DNA of 64,000 nt from Eledone cirrhosa (Eukaryota), in the NCBI GenBank assembly GCA_964016885.1, contig OZ024759.1, positions 5,084,001 through 5,148,000 of the forward strand. Reading direction: 5' to 3'. The notes beneath the pieces are model-generated. The model worked only from the letters and a program-made list of their open reading frames with translations. It was not told where the DNA came from and made no database searches. Position numbers and translations under genes: made by a program. This document shows, piece after piece, positions 1 to 13,300 of the stretch. Each line of letters begins with the position of its first letter. Position 1 is the first letter of the stretch.

Positions 1-960
1 TAGCAAACATCTTTCCCTTCCATGTCTCACTCCTATAAATCATGTCACTTCTAACACATGTAGCAAACATCTTTCCCTTCATGTCTCACTCCTATAAATC
101 ATGTCACTTCTAACATATGTAGCAAACATCTTTCCCTTCCATGTCTCACTCCTATAAATCATGTCACTTCTAACACATGTAGCAAACATCTTTCCCTTCC
201 ATGTCTCACTCCTATAAATCATGTCACTTCTAACACATGTAGCAAACATATTTCCCTTCCATGCCTCACTCCTATAAATTATGTCACTTCTAACACATGT
301 AGCAAACATCTTTCCCTTCCATGTCTCACTCCTATAAATCATGTCACTTCTAACACATGTAGCAAACATCTTTCCCTTCCATGTCTCACTCCTATAAATC
401 ATGTCACTTCTAACATATGTAGCAAACATCTTTCCCTTCCATGCCTCACTCCTATAAATCATGTCACTTCTAACACATGTAGCAAACATCTTTCCCTTCC
501 ATGTCTCACTCCTATAAATCATGTCACTTCTAACACATGTAGCAAACATCTTTCCCTTCCATGTCTCACTCCTATAAATCATGTCACTTCTAACACATGT
601 AGCAAACATCTTTCCCTTCCATGTCTCACTCCTATAAATCATGTCACTTCTAACATATGTAGCAAACATCTTTCCCTTCCATGCCTCACTCCTATAAATC
701 ATGTCACTTCTAACACATGTAGCAAACATCTTTCCCTTCCATGTCTCACTCCTATAAATCATGTCACTTCTAACACATGTAGCAAACATCTTTCCCTTCC
801 ATGTCTCACTCCTATAAATCATGTCACTTCTAACACATGAAGCAAACATCTTTCCCTTCCATGTCTCACTCCTATAAATCATGTCACTTCTAACACATGT
901 AGCAAACATCTTTCCCTTCCATGTCTCACTCCTATAAATTATGTCTCTTTTTAAGCATGT
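1..960. repeat. 60-bp minisatellite, about 16 copies (continues past the window edge)
   Basis: Unit tagcaaacatctttcccttccatgtctcactcctataaatcatgtcacttctaacacatg. Single related copies near 1755, 2680 and 34055. Confidence 0.97.
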
Positions 961-1033
961 ATCATACATATCTCTCCTCCATGTGATGTCTCAATATATT
1001 ATTTTAGAAACAAAGCTACACTACACCACTTAC

Positions 1034-1171
1034 CTGTCTGACAGTTGCTACCTTCATAACCAGCAGCACATCCGCCACTAGAACACACACCTGTCTGTTT
1101 GTTACACCTGCTGTTATCTGCACAGTGACATGTATATTTACAGTTGGGTCCAAATTTACCTGTTTTACACC
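1034..1171 (-). CDS. EGF-like exon (138 bp)
   Basis: ttttcag|..CKTGKFGPNCKYTCHCADNSRCNKQTGVCSSGGCAAGYEGSNCQT G|gtaagt. Confidence 0.85.
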
Positions 1172-1384
1172 CTGAAAATAAAATATGAAAGTCTAAATAT
1201 ATTTATTAATTTACATTAATTTCTGATAGTTTCATATTTTACATGGCGGACATTATCAGAGTTTTTGATGAACAGTATGGTTTTCATCCTGGACGTAGCA
1301 GAGCTGCATGATTAAATAATTAGCTCGAAACCAGTATCACACTGATGATGACATCATATCACCTGCTGATGATGTTTCTCATGG

Positions 1385-1545
1385 ATAAGATGAAAGCTTT
1401 TTCACAAATGGGATCCTAGCACTGCAACACCAATGGAGAAAGGGTGTGGACCGCAGGGGGGACTATTTGCAAAAATAAACCTCATTTGGTCACATTGCAT
1501 GAGAGTAACTTGTTCAACCTAAGAACTATTCAGAAAAGCCTTGTA
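1385..1545 (+). mobile_element. Mariner-like transposase C-terminus and right end
   Basis: FFTNGILALQHQWRKGVDRRGDYLQK* resembles the mariner F..GI..L..RW.KC...G.Y terminus. Confidence 0.6.
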
Positions 1546-1558
1546 TTACACCACTTAC

Positions 1559-1695
1559 CTGTCTGACAGTTGCTACCTTCATAACCAGCAGCACATCCTC
1601 CACTGGAACACACACCTGTCTGTTTGTTACACCTGTTGTTGTCAGCACAGTGACAAATATTGCCATAGTTGGGCCAAATTTACCTGTTTTACACC
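1559..1695 (-). pseudogene. EGF-like exon with 1-bp deletion and Cys>Tyr (137 bp)
   Basis: gggcc instead of gggtcc, and AAC TAT instead of AAC TGT. Splice sites intact. Confidence 0.75.
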
Positions 1696-1947
1696 CTGAA
1701 AATAAAAATATGGAATGTTCTGCATGAGTAAGGGGTTAATGGACAGCTTCTTGCTCCTATAAATCATGTCACCTCTAACACATGTAGCATACATCTTGCC
1801 TTTCCATTCTCTTCAGCTTCTCCTGTAGCTCCATCTTCATCACTCAGTATGTAGCATATATCTTTCCCTTCCATGCGATGCAAACTTGTTACAAACATTT
1901 TCTTTCCATGCGATGTCCCAATATACTAAGTTACAAACAAAGCTTAC

Positions 1948-2067
1948 CTGTCTGACAGTTGCTACCTTCATAACCAGCAGCACATCCTCCACTGGAACAC
2001 ACACCTGCTGTTGTCAGAACAGTGACATGTGTTGCCACAGTTGGGTCCAATTTACCTGTTTTACACC
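1948..2067 (-). pseudogene. EGF-derived exon with compensating -1 and -17 deletions (120 bp, net in frame)
   Basis: Translates CKTGKLDPTVATHVTVLTTAGVCSSGGCAAGYEGSNCQT. Splice sites intact; four Cys lost. Confidence 0.7.
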
Positions 2068-2788
2068 CTGAAAATAAAATATGGAAGTCTAAATATATTT
2101 GACAATTCACATTAATTTCTGATAGTCTCATATTTTAAATGGTGGACATTATCCTAATTCTGTAAAATTGAGATAAGAAAGATTGCTCCAATTAAAGAAG
2201 GAACTCCTTGTTAAACCTTCCTGATAAAGTTTATGATAAATGTCTGACAAAGAGAGATTGTTGTGTTCAAGTTAGCTGATGGACAATGTGGTTTTACCCT
2301 GGATGCAGTAAAGCTGACCAAATATTCACAGTGAGGTAGGTCTTTGATAAATCATGGGATTACTGCCAAGAGATGTATTCCTGTTTTGCAGACATCAAAA
2401 AGGCTTATGACAGTATTTTACAGGATCAGATGTGGAATGTTCTGAATGACTATGGGGTCGATGGACACATCCCGGCTCCAATAAATTAGTCATCCCCATT
2501 TTTCCTCAACACATGATCCAGCATATCCTTTCATTTCTCTTCATAAATATTATTGACACTATTTACATCAATCTCTGCAAAATATTGATTTCCTGCCTCT
2601 TTCATGGGGATATTTCACCGGACCATTCTCATTTCAAGTCTCCTCTGCTTTCTCTGTTGTTCCATCTTCATCAATCATGTCTCACTCTTAAAAATAATGT
2701 CACTTCTAACACATGTAGCATACATTTTTCCCTTCCATGTGATGTCTCAATATATTAAGTTAGAAACCAAGCTATACTACACCACTTA

Positions 2789-4260
2789 CCTGTCTGACAG
2801 TTTCTATCTTCATAACCAGCACCACACCTGTCTGACAGTTGCTACCTTCATAACCAGCACCACACCTGTCTGACAGTTGCTACCTTCATAACCAGCACCA
2901 TACCTGTCTGACAGTTGTTACCTTTATAACCAGCACCACACCTGTCTGACAGTTGCTACCTTCATAACCAGCACCACACCTGTCTGACAGTTGTTACCTT
3001 CATAACCAGCACCACACCTGTCTGACAGTTGCTACCTTCATAACCAGCACCACACCTGTCTGACAGTTGCTACCTTCATAACCAGCACCACACCTGTCTG
3101 ACAGTTGCTACCTTCATAACCAGCACCACACCTGTCTGACAGTTGTTACCTTCATAACCAGCACCACACCTGTCTGACAGTTGCTACCTTCATAACCAGC
3201 ACCACACCTGTCTGACAGTTGTTACCTTTATAACCAGCACCACACCTGTCTGACAGTTGCTACCTTTATAACCAGCACCACACCTGTCTGACAGTTGTTA
3301 CCTTTATAACCAGCACCACACCTGTCTGACAGTTGCTACCTTCATAACCAGCACCACACCTGTCTGACAGTTGCTACCTTCATAACCAGCACCACACCTG
3401 TCTGACAGTTGTTACCTTTATAACCAGCACCACACCTGTCTGACAGTTGCTACCTTCATAACCAGCACCACACCTGTCTGACAGTTGTTACCTTCATAAC
3501 CAGCACCACACCTGTCTGACAGTTGCTACCTTCATAACCAGCACCACACCTGTCTGACAGTTGCTACCTTCATAACCAGCACCACACCTGTCTGACAGTT
3601 GTTACCTTTATAACCAGCACCACACCTGTCTGACAGTTGCTACCTTCATAACCAACACCACACCTGTCTGACAGTTGTTACCTTTATAACCAGCACCACA
3701 CCTGTCTGACAGCTGCTACCTTTATAACCAGCACCACACCTGTCTGACAGTTGTTACCTTCATAACCAGCACCACACCTGTCTGACAGTTGCTACCTTCA
3801 TAACCAACACCACACCTGTCTGACAGTTGTTACCTTCATAACCAGCACCACACCTGTCTGACAGTTGTTACCTTTATAACCAGCACCACACCTGTCTGAC
3901 AGTTGCTACCTTCATAACCAGCACCACACCTGTCTGACAGTTGTTACCTTTATAACCAGCACCACACCTGTCTGACAGTTGTTACCTTCATAACCAGCAC
4001 CACACCTGTCTGGCAGTTGCTACCTTCATAACCAGCACCACACCTGTCTGACAGTTGCTATCTTCATAACCAGCACCACACCTGTCTGACAGCTGATACC
4101 TTTATAACAAGCACCACACCTCCACTACAACACACACCTGTCTGACAGCTGATACCTTTATAACTAGCACCACACCTCCACTACAACACACACCTGTCTG
4201 ACAGTTGATACCTTTATAACAAGCATCACACCTCCATTACAACACCCACCTGTCTGACAC
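2789..4260. repeat. 38-bp minisatellite (about 34 copies) plus three 56-bp units, derived from the EGF exon 3' end
   Basis: Unit cctgtctgacagttgctaccttcataaccagcaccaca; its first 33 nt match the exon end. The array begins at a retained GTAAGT donor (2784-2789). Confidence 0.96.
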
Positions 4261-4849
4261 CTGTCTGTTTCCATTACTCCTCTCACAGAGTCACTTTCAT
4301 CCATCCTCAACACATGACCCAACCATCTCACACCATTTCTTTTCACAACATTCATCAGTCGTCCTATCCCCATCATCCTTTTTAAATCATCTTTCAGCAG
4401 CCCTCAACTAATCCACTCGATCATTCTCATTTCCATTCTTTCCATAATTATTTAAATCTTGTGACTTAAATATTTTTCATATTTCAAAATAATCAATTAA
4501 ACTTTAAATTGATTTTAAAAAGGTTTTTTTTCTTTACTTTTTAAAATATTTATTGAAGTGAAATATTAATTTCTAACATAATCACATGACTTGACATTTG
4601 AAGTGATGGGGTGGGGGCTTAAAGTAATACTACCTAGTATTTTACTGGTACTTAATTAATCAACCCTGACAGTAGTGATGGATAAACCATTAAGCAAAAT
4701 AATCACATGTTTAGGGTAACAAGGGAAAAGGGGTAAATTTTAATTAAATTAAACATATTTTTCATTCTGTCAACACCTTCCATCCAATTTTCTTCCAGAA
4801 GTTATTTATGAGGTGAGGGGTGGTGGGGGATGCACACCATCATCCTTAA

Positions 4850-5483
4850 CCCTTTAGTATTTACATTACCCTATAAATACTATTATATTTTCACGGTAAG
4901 GGCTTTATCTCTCATAATTATCTCGCATAATATTGAATCTATGAGATTTTGATATTATTTATTTTGAGAACAATACCTTGCTTTGCGGCACAGAGTTACT
5001 GCCCTTTGCGTTCTGAGTTCAAAACCCGCTGAGGTTTGCTTTGCCTTTCATCCTTACGGGGTCGATAAAATAAAGTACCAGTCACGCACTGGGGTCAATT
5101 AAATCGACTTTCCCCTGAAGTAAAAATTTCAATCTACACTTCGACAATGCTGTTTATTTTAACCCTTTAGTATTTACATTACTCTGTATTTACTATTATA
5201 TTTTCACAGTAAAGTCTTGTGGAGACACTGCACCCTTTAAAACCTCCATGCTTCCTGAGATTCGCCAACACTGCACCTAATATTCCCCCTCCATACACGC
5301 GCACATATGTATATCATGACTCACACTATTCACTTCCCTGACATTTGTATAAAATAAAGTACCAGTAATGTACTGGGTAATTTGCTGGCCTTGTGCCAAA
5401 TGTAAAAACAATAATATTGAATCTATGAAATGTTTATATTATTTATTTAGAGAACAATACCTTCACATCGATATGCTAAAGGG
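4850..5483. mobile_element. Rearranged TTAA-MITE with SINE and CR1-like inserts
   Basis: ttaa|ccctttag at 4846 and again near 5160; atgctaaaggg|ttaa ending at 5487. Confidence 0.7.
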
Positions 5484-5828
5484 TTAAACTTGTTAGGGCT
5501 TCAAAAGAACTTTATGAGACCCTGCACAGAAAAGTGAAAGACAAAGTCAACCATGGCAAGATTTGAACTCAGAATAGAATGGTGGTGGTGGTGGTGGTGG
5601 TAGTGGTGGTAGTGGTGTTAGTGGCAGTGGTGGCTGGTGGTGGTGGTTGGTAGTGGTTGTGGAGGTGGTGGGGTTGTGGGTGAGGTGGTGGTGGTTGCAG
5701 TGGGAGTTGTGGTGGTTGATAGTGATGTTGGGTAGTGGTTGCGGTTGTGGTTGTGGTAGTGGTGGTAGTAGTGATGATGATGATAATAACAATGATGATA
5801 TTTATGATGATGATAGTACACCACTTAC

Positions 5829-5966
5829 CTGTCTGACAGTTGCCACCTTCATATCCAGGAGCACATCCTCCATTAGAGCAGCTACCAGTCTGTGGCTTAC
5901 ATTTACTCTTGTCAGCACAATGACACATGTTTCGACAGTTTGGTCCAAATTTTCCTCTCTTACATC
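5829..5966 (-). CDS. EGF-like exon (138 bp)
   Basis: tttgtag|..CKRGKFGPNCRNMCHCADKSKCKPQTGSCSNGGCAPGYEGGNCQT G|gtaagt. Many synonymous differences from paralogous exons, with all 8 Cys kept. Confidence 0.9.
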
Positions 5967-6889
5967 CTACAAATCAATCAATAACAAATATATATTTTGG
6001 TGTGTATTTGTGTGGCCTTGTGGTAAGGGTGTTGGACTTACAATCATAATGTCGTGAGTTCTATTCCTCAACTAGGTTGTGTGTTGTGTTCTTGAGCAAA
6101 AGTATTTCCATTCATGTTGCTCCAGTATAATAATAATTGTTTCTACTTTTGACACAAGGCCAGCAATTACCCAGTACATTACTGGTACTTTATTTTATCG
6201 ACCCCGTAAGGATGAAAGGCAAAGTTAACCTTGGTGGGATTTGAACTCAGATCATAAAGGGACGTAACTCTATGCTTCAAAGCATGGCGTCCGACTCTCT
6301 ACCAATACTGACAATCCACCGCTCCAGTATAATAATAATAATAGTGAAATTATTGTGTACAGTGCTCAGGTGCACTATAAATCATCAAAGGTGCATGTAA
6401 AGCACATAGAATAATGAACAAATGTCAGGAAAATGAACAGTGTATGAGTCATGATAAACATATGTACGTGTGTATGGAGGAGGGATATCAGGTGTAGTGT
6501 TGGCGAATTTCAGGAAGCTTGGAGATCAGTGCCAGTAATAGCTGGTGATTTAACCTTGGGATGGACTGGTGCCCTGTCCAGGGGAAGTTTTGTATTTTAA
6601 GTCACTTCATGCCATAGATAGCACTGGCCTGATGACCCTCAGCACTCGAGACACACTTTAGACATTTTTTTGTTTTTGTATATTCAACAGCCCAGTCCTT
6701 CTAACTGTCAGTAGGTATCACACTGAGCAGAGTCCACTGTATTCCCCACACCTGGACAGGATGCTAGTCCATTGCATGGTATTTCACTGCCATATTATTC
6801 TATCTACTCCAAAAGTATGACAGAAAAAGTTGATTTTGGTGGGATTTGAATACCGTTTTAAAAAAGAACTCAAAATCACAACCCATTAA

Positions 6890-7111
6890 AACCTTTAGAA
6901 TTAAAACCGGTTATATCCGGCCGGAATTCTCACACTTCTTTCTGTTCAAACCAGCCATAACTGGCTGCTCATACTTATGTTAAGGTATTGTTCTCAAAAT
7001 AGATATTATCAAAATCTCATAGATTTGATATTATGTGAGATAATTATATGAGATAAAGCCTTTACTGTGAAAATATAATAGTGTATATGAAGTAGTGTAA
7101 ATGCTAAAGGG
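6890..7111. mobile_element. TTAA-MITE copy
   Basis: Colinear with 61422-61642 and flanked by TTAA. Confidence 0.82.
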
Positions 7112-7339
7112 TTAATCTGTAACTCTACTGCCCCTGCTACTCACATCTTCCTCATGATCAACATTTAACATTCACTTCCCCTGTAACCAAGAGTGGGATG
7201 TGTCAACAGAGACCGACTCAGAACTTAATCGGAGCTACTGACCTCTCAGATGTTACTGATACATTTCATCATGACTGAAGAGGACATTCATCCATTTGTC
7301 TGGTAGATTCTCTAAAGAAATAGAACTACAAAAGAGCAC

Positions 7340-10300
7340 ACACGTGTCTGACAGGTGCTACCTTATAACCAGGACCACACCATCTACTGTAACACACCTG
7401 TCTGATAGGTGATACCTTATAACCAGGACCACACCATCTACTGTAACACACCTGTCTGACAGGTGCTACCTTATAACCAGGACCACACCATCTACTGTAA
7501 CACACCTGTCTGATAGATGATACCTTATAACCAGGACCACACCATCTACTGGAACACACCTGTCTGACAGGTGCTACCTTATAACCAGGACCACACCATC
7601 TACTGTAACACACCTGTCTGATAGATGATACCTTATAACCAGGACCACACCATCTACTGTAACACACATGTCTGACAGGTGCTACCTTATAACCAGGACC
7701 ACATCATCTACTGTAACACACCTGTCTGATAGATGATACCTTATAAACAGGACCACACCATCTACTGTAACACACCTGTCTGACAGGTGCTACCTTATAA
7801 CCAGGATCACACCATCTACTGTAACACACCTGTCTGACAGGTGCTACCATATAACCAGTAGCACACCATCTACTGGAACACACGTGTCTGACAGGTGCTA
7901 CCTTATAACCAGGACCACACCATCTACTGTAACACACCTGTCTGACAGCTGCTACCTTATAACCAGGACCACACCATCTACTGGAACACACCTGTCTGAC
8001 AGGTGCTACCTTATAATCAGGACCACACCATCTACTGTAACACACCTGTCTGATAGATGATACCTTATAACCAGGACCACACCATCTACTGGAACACACC
8101 TGTCTGACAGGTGCTACCTTATAACCAGGACCACACCATCTACTGTAACACACCTGTCTGATAGATGATACCTTATAACCAGGACCACACCATCTACTGT
8201 AACACACATGTCTGATAGCTGCTACCATATAACCAGGACCACACCATCTACTGTAACACACCTGTCTGATAGATGATACCTTATAACCAGGACCACACCA
8301 TCTACTGTAACACACCTGTCTGACAGGTGCTACCTTATAACCAGGACCACACCATCTACTGTAACACACCTGTCTGACAGGTGCTACCTTATAACCAGGA
8401 CCACACCTTCTACTGTAACACACCTGTCTGACAGGTGCTACCTTATAACCAGGACCACACCATCTACTGTAACACACCTGTCTGACAGGTGCTACCTTAT
8501 AACCAGGACCAGACCTTCTACTGTAACACACCTGTCTGACAGGTGCTACCTTATAACCAGGACCACACCATCTACTGTAACACACCTGTCTGACAGGTGC
8601 TACCTTATAACCAGGACCACACCATCTACTGTAACACACATGTCTGATAGCTGCTACCTTATAACCAGGACCACACCATCTACTGTAACACACCTGTCTG
8701 ACAGCTGCTACCATATAACCAGGACCACACCATCTACTGTAACACACCTGTCTGATAGATGATACCTTATAACCAGGACCACACCATCTACTGTAACACA
8801 CCTGTCTGACAGGTGCTACCTTATAACCAGGACCACACCTTCTACTGTAACACACCTGTCTGACAGGTGCTACCTTATAACCAGGACCACACCATCTACT
8901 GTAACACACCTATCTGACAGGTGCTACCTTATAACCAGGACCACACCTTCTACTGTAACACACCTGTCTGACAGGTGCTACCTTATAACCAGGACCACAC
9001 CATCTTCTGTAACACACCTGTCTGACAGCTGCTACCATATAACCAGGACCACACCATCTACTGTAACACACCTGTCTGATAGCTCCTACCTTATAACCAG
9101 GACCACACTATCTACTGTAACACACTTGTCTGACAGGTGCTACCTTATAACCAGGACCACACCATCTACTGTAACACACCTGTCTGATAGATGATACCTT
9201 ATAACCAGGACCACACCATCTACTGGAACACACCTGTCTGACAGGTGCTACCTTATAACCAGGACCACACCATCTACTGTAACACACCTGTCTGATAGAT
9301 GATACCTTATAACCAGGACCACACCATCTACTGTAACACACATGTCTGACAGGTGCTACCTTATAACCAGGACCACATCATCTACTGTAACACACCTGTC
9401 TGATAGATGATACCTTATAAACAGGACCACACCATCTACTGTAACACACCTGTCTGACAGGTGCTACCATATAACCAGGATCACACCATCTACTGTAACA
9501 CACCTGTCTGACAGCTGCTACCATATAACCAGTACCACACCATCTACTGGAACACACGTGTCTGACAGGTGCTACCTTATAACCAGGACCACACCATCTA
9601 CTGTAACACACCTGTCTGACAGCTGCTACCTTATAACCAGGACCACACCATCTACTGGAACACACCTGTCTGACAGGTGCTACCTTATAACCAGGACCAC
9701 ACCATCTACTGTAACACACCTGTCTGATAGATGATACCTTATAACCAGGACCACACCATCTACTGGAACACACCTGTCTGACAGGTGCTACCTTATAACC
9801 AGGACCACACCATCTACTGTAACACACCTGTCTGACAGGTGCTACCTTATAACCAGGACCACACCATCTACTGTAACACACCTGTCTGACAGGTGCTACC
9901 TTATAACCAGGACCACACCATCTACTGTAACACACATGTCTGATAGCTGCTACCTTATAACCAGGACCACACCATCTACTGTAACACACCTGTCTGACAG
10001 CTGCTACCATATAACCAGGACCACACCATCTACTGTAACACACCTGTCTGACAGGTGCTACCTTATAACCAGGACCACACCTTCTACTGTAACACACCTG
10101 TCTGACAGGTGCTACCTTATAACCAGGACCACACCATCTACTGTAACACACCTATCTGACAGGTGCTACCTTATAACCAGGACCACACCTTCTACTGTAA
10201 CACACCTGTCTGACAGGTGCTACCTTATAACCAGGACCACACCATCTTCTGTAACACACCTGTCTGACAGCTGCTACCATATAACCAGGACCACACCATC

Positions 10301-13300
10301 TACTGTAACACACCTGTCTGATAGCTCCTACCTTATAACCAGGACCACACTATCTACTGTAACACACTTGTCTGACAGGTGCTACCTTATAACCAGGACC
10401 ACACCATCTACTGTAACACACCTGTCTGATAGATGATACCTTATAACCAGGACCACACCATCTACTGGAACACACCTGTCTGACAGGTGCTACCTTATAA
10501 CCAGGACCACACCATCTACTGTAACACACCTGTCTGATAGATGATACCTTATAACCAGGACCACACCATCTACTGGAACACACCTGTCTGACAGGTGCTA
10601 CCTTATAACCAGGACTACACCATCTACTGTAACACACCTGTCTGATAGATGATACCTTATAACCAGGACCACACCATCTACTGTAACACACATGTCTGAC
10701 AGGTGCTACCTTATAACCAGGACCACATCATCTACTGTAACACACCTGTCTGATAGATGATACCTTATAAACAGGACCACACCATCTACTGTAACACACC
10801 TGTCTGACAGGTGCTACCTTATAACCAGGATCACACCATCTACTGTAACACACCTGTCTGACAGCTGCTACCATGTAACCAGTACCACACCATCTACTGG
10901 AACACACGTGTCTGACAGGTGCTACCTTATAACCAGGACCACACCATCTACTGTAACACACCTGTCTGACAGCTGCTACCTTATAACCAGGACCACACCA
11001 TCTACTGGAACACACCTGTCTGACAGGTGCTACCTTATAACCAGGACCACACCATCTACTGTAACACACCTGTCTGATAGATGATACCTTATAACCAGGA
11101 GCACACCATCTACTGGAAGACACCTGTCTGACAGGTGCTACCTTATAACCAGGACCACACCATCTACTGTAACACACCTGTCTGATAGATGATACCTTAT
11201 AACCAGGACCACACCATCTACTGTAACACACATGTCTGATAGCTGCTGCCATATAACCAGGACCACACCATCTACTGTAACACACCTGTCTGATAGATGA
11301 TACCTTATAACCAGGACCACACCATCTACTGTAACACACCTGTCTGACAGGTGCTACCTTATAACCAGGACCACACCATCTACTGTAACACACCTGTCTG
11401 ACAGGTGCTACCTTATAACCAGGACCACACCTTCTACTGTAACACACCTGTCTGACAGGTGCTACCTTATAACCAGGACCACACCATCTACTGTAACACA
11501 CCTGTCTGACAGGTGCTACCTTATAACCAGGACCACACCTTCTACTGTAACACACCTGTCTGACAGGTGCTACCTTATAACCAGGACCACACCATCTACT
11601 GTAACACACCTGTCTGACAGGTGCTACCTTATAACCAGGACCACACCATCTACTGTAACACACATGTCTGATAGCTGCTACCTTATAACCAGGACCACAC
11701 CATCTACTGTAACACACCTGTCTGACAGCTGCTACCATATAACCAGGACCACACCATCTACTGTAACACACCTGTCTGATAGATGATACCTTATAACCAG
11801 GACCACACCATCTACTGTAACACACCTGTCTGACAGGTGCTACCTTATAACCAGGACCACACCTTCTACTGTAACACACCTGTCTGACAGGTGCTACCTT
11901 ATAACCAGGACCACACCATCTACTGTAACACACCTATCTGACAAGTGCTACCTTATAACCAGGACCACACCTTCTACTGTAACACACCTGTCTGACAGGT
12001 GCTACCTTATAACCAGGACCACACCATCTTCTGTAACACACCTGTCTGACAGCTGCTACCATATAACCAGGACCACACCATCTACTGTAACACACCTGTC
12101 TGATAGCTCCTACCTTATAACCAGGACCACACTATCTACTGTAACACACTTGTCTGACAGGTGCTACCTTATAACCAGGACCACACCATCTACTGTAACA
12201 CACCTGTCTGATCGATGATACCTTATAACCAGGACCACACCATCTACTGGAACACACCTGTCTGACAGGTGCTACCTTATAACCAGGACCACACCATCTA
12301 CTGTAACACACCTGTCTGATAGATGATACCTTATAACCAGGACCACACCATCTACTGTAACACACATGTCTGACAGGTGCTACCTTATAACCAGGACCAC
12401 ATCATCTACTGTAACACACCTGTCTGATAGATGATACCTTATAAACAGGACCACACCATCTACTGTAACACACCTGTCTGACAGGTGCTACCTTATAACC
12501 AGGATCACACCATCTACTGTAACACACCTGTCTGACAGCTGCTACCATGTAACCAGTACCACACCATCTACTGGAACACACGTGTCTGACAGGTGCTACC
12601 TTATAACCAGGACCACACCATCTACTGTAACACACCTGTCTGACAGCTGCTACCTTATAACCAGGACCACACCATCTACTGGAACACACCTGTCTGACAG
12701 GTGCTACCTTATAACCAGGACCACACCATCTACTGTAACACACCTGTCTGATAGATGATACCTTATAACCAGGAGCACACCATCTACTGGAAGACACCTG
12801 TCTGACAGGTGCTACCTTATAACCAGGACCACACCATCTACTGTAACACACCTGTCTGATAGATGATACCTTATAACCAGGACCACACCATCTACTGTAA
12901 CACACATGTCTGATAGCTGCTGCCATATAACCAGGACCACACCATCTACTGTAACACACCTGTCTGATAGATGATACCTTATAACCAGGACCACACCATC
13001 TACTGTAACACACCTGTCTGACAGGTGCTACCTTATAACCAGGACCACACCATCTACTGTAACACACCTGTCTGACAGGTGCTACCTTATAACCAGGACC
13101 ACACCTTCTACTGTAACACACCTGTCTGACAGGTGCTACCTTATAACCAGGACCACACCATCTACTGTAACACACCTGTCTGACAGGTGCTACCTTATAA
13201 CCAGGACCACACCTTCTACTGTAACACACCTGTCTGACAGGTGCTACCTTATAACCAGGACCACACCATCTACTGTAACACACCTGTCTGACAGGTGCTA

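Noticed and set aside
79-969. 296-aa repeat ORF
   Set aside because: Translation of the 60-bp minisatellite; an indel near position 80 breaks the frame.
6620-6660. CTGATGA motif as a hammerhead (similar motif near 63815)
   Set aside because: No correctly placed GAAA, stem III or stem I; it is part of a SINE tail.
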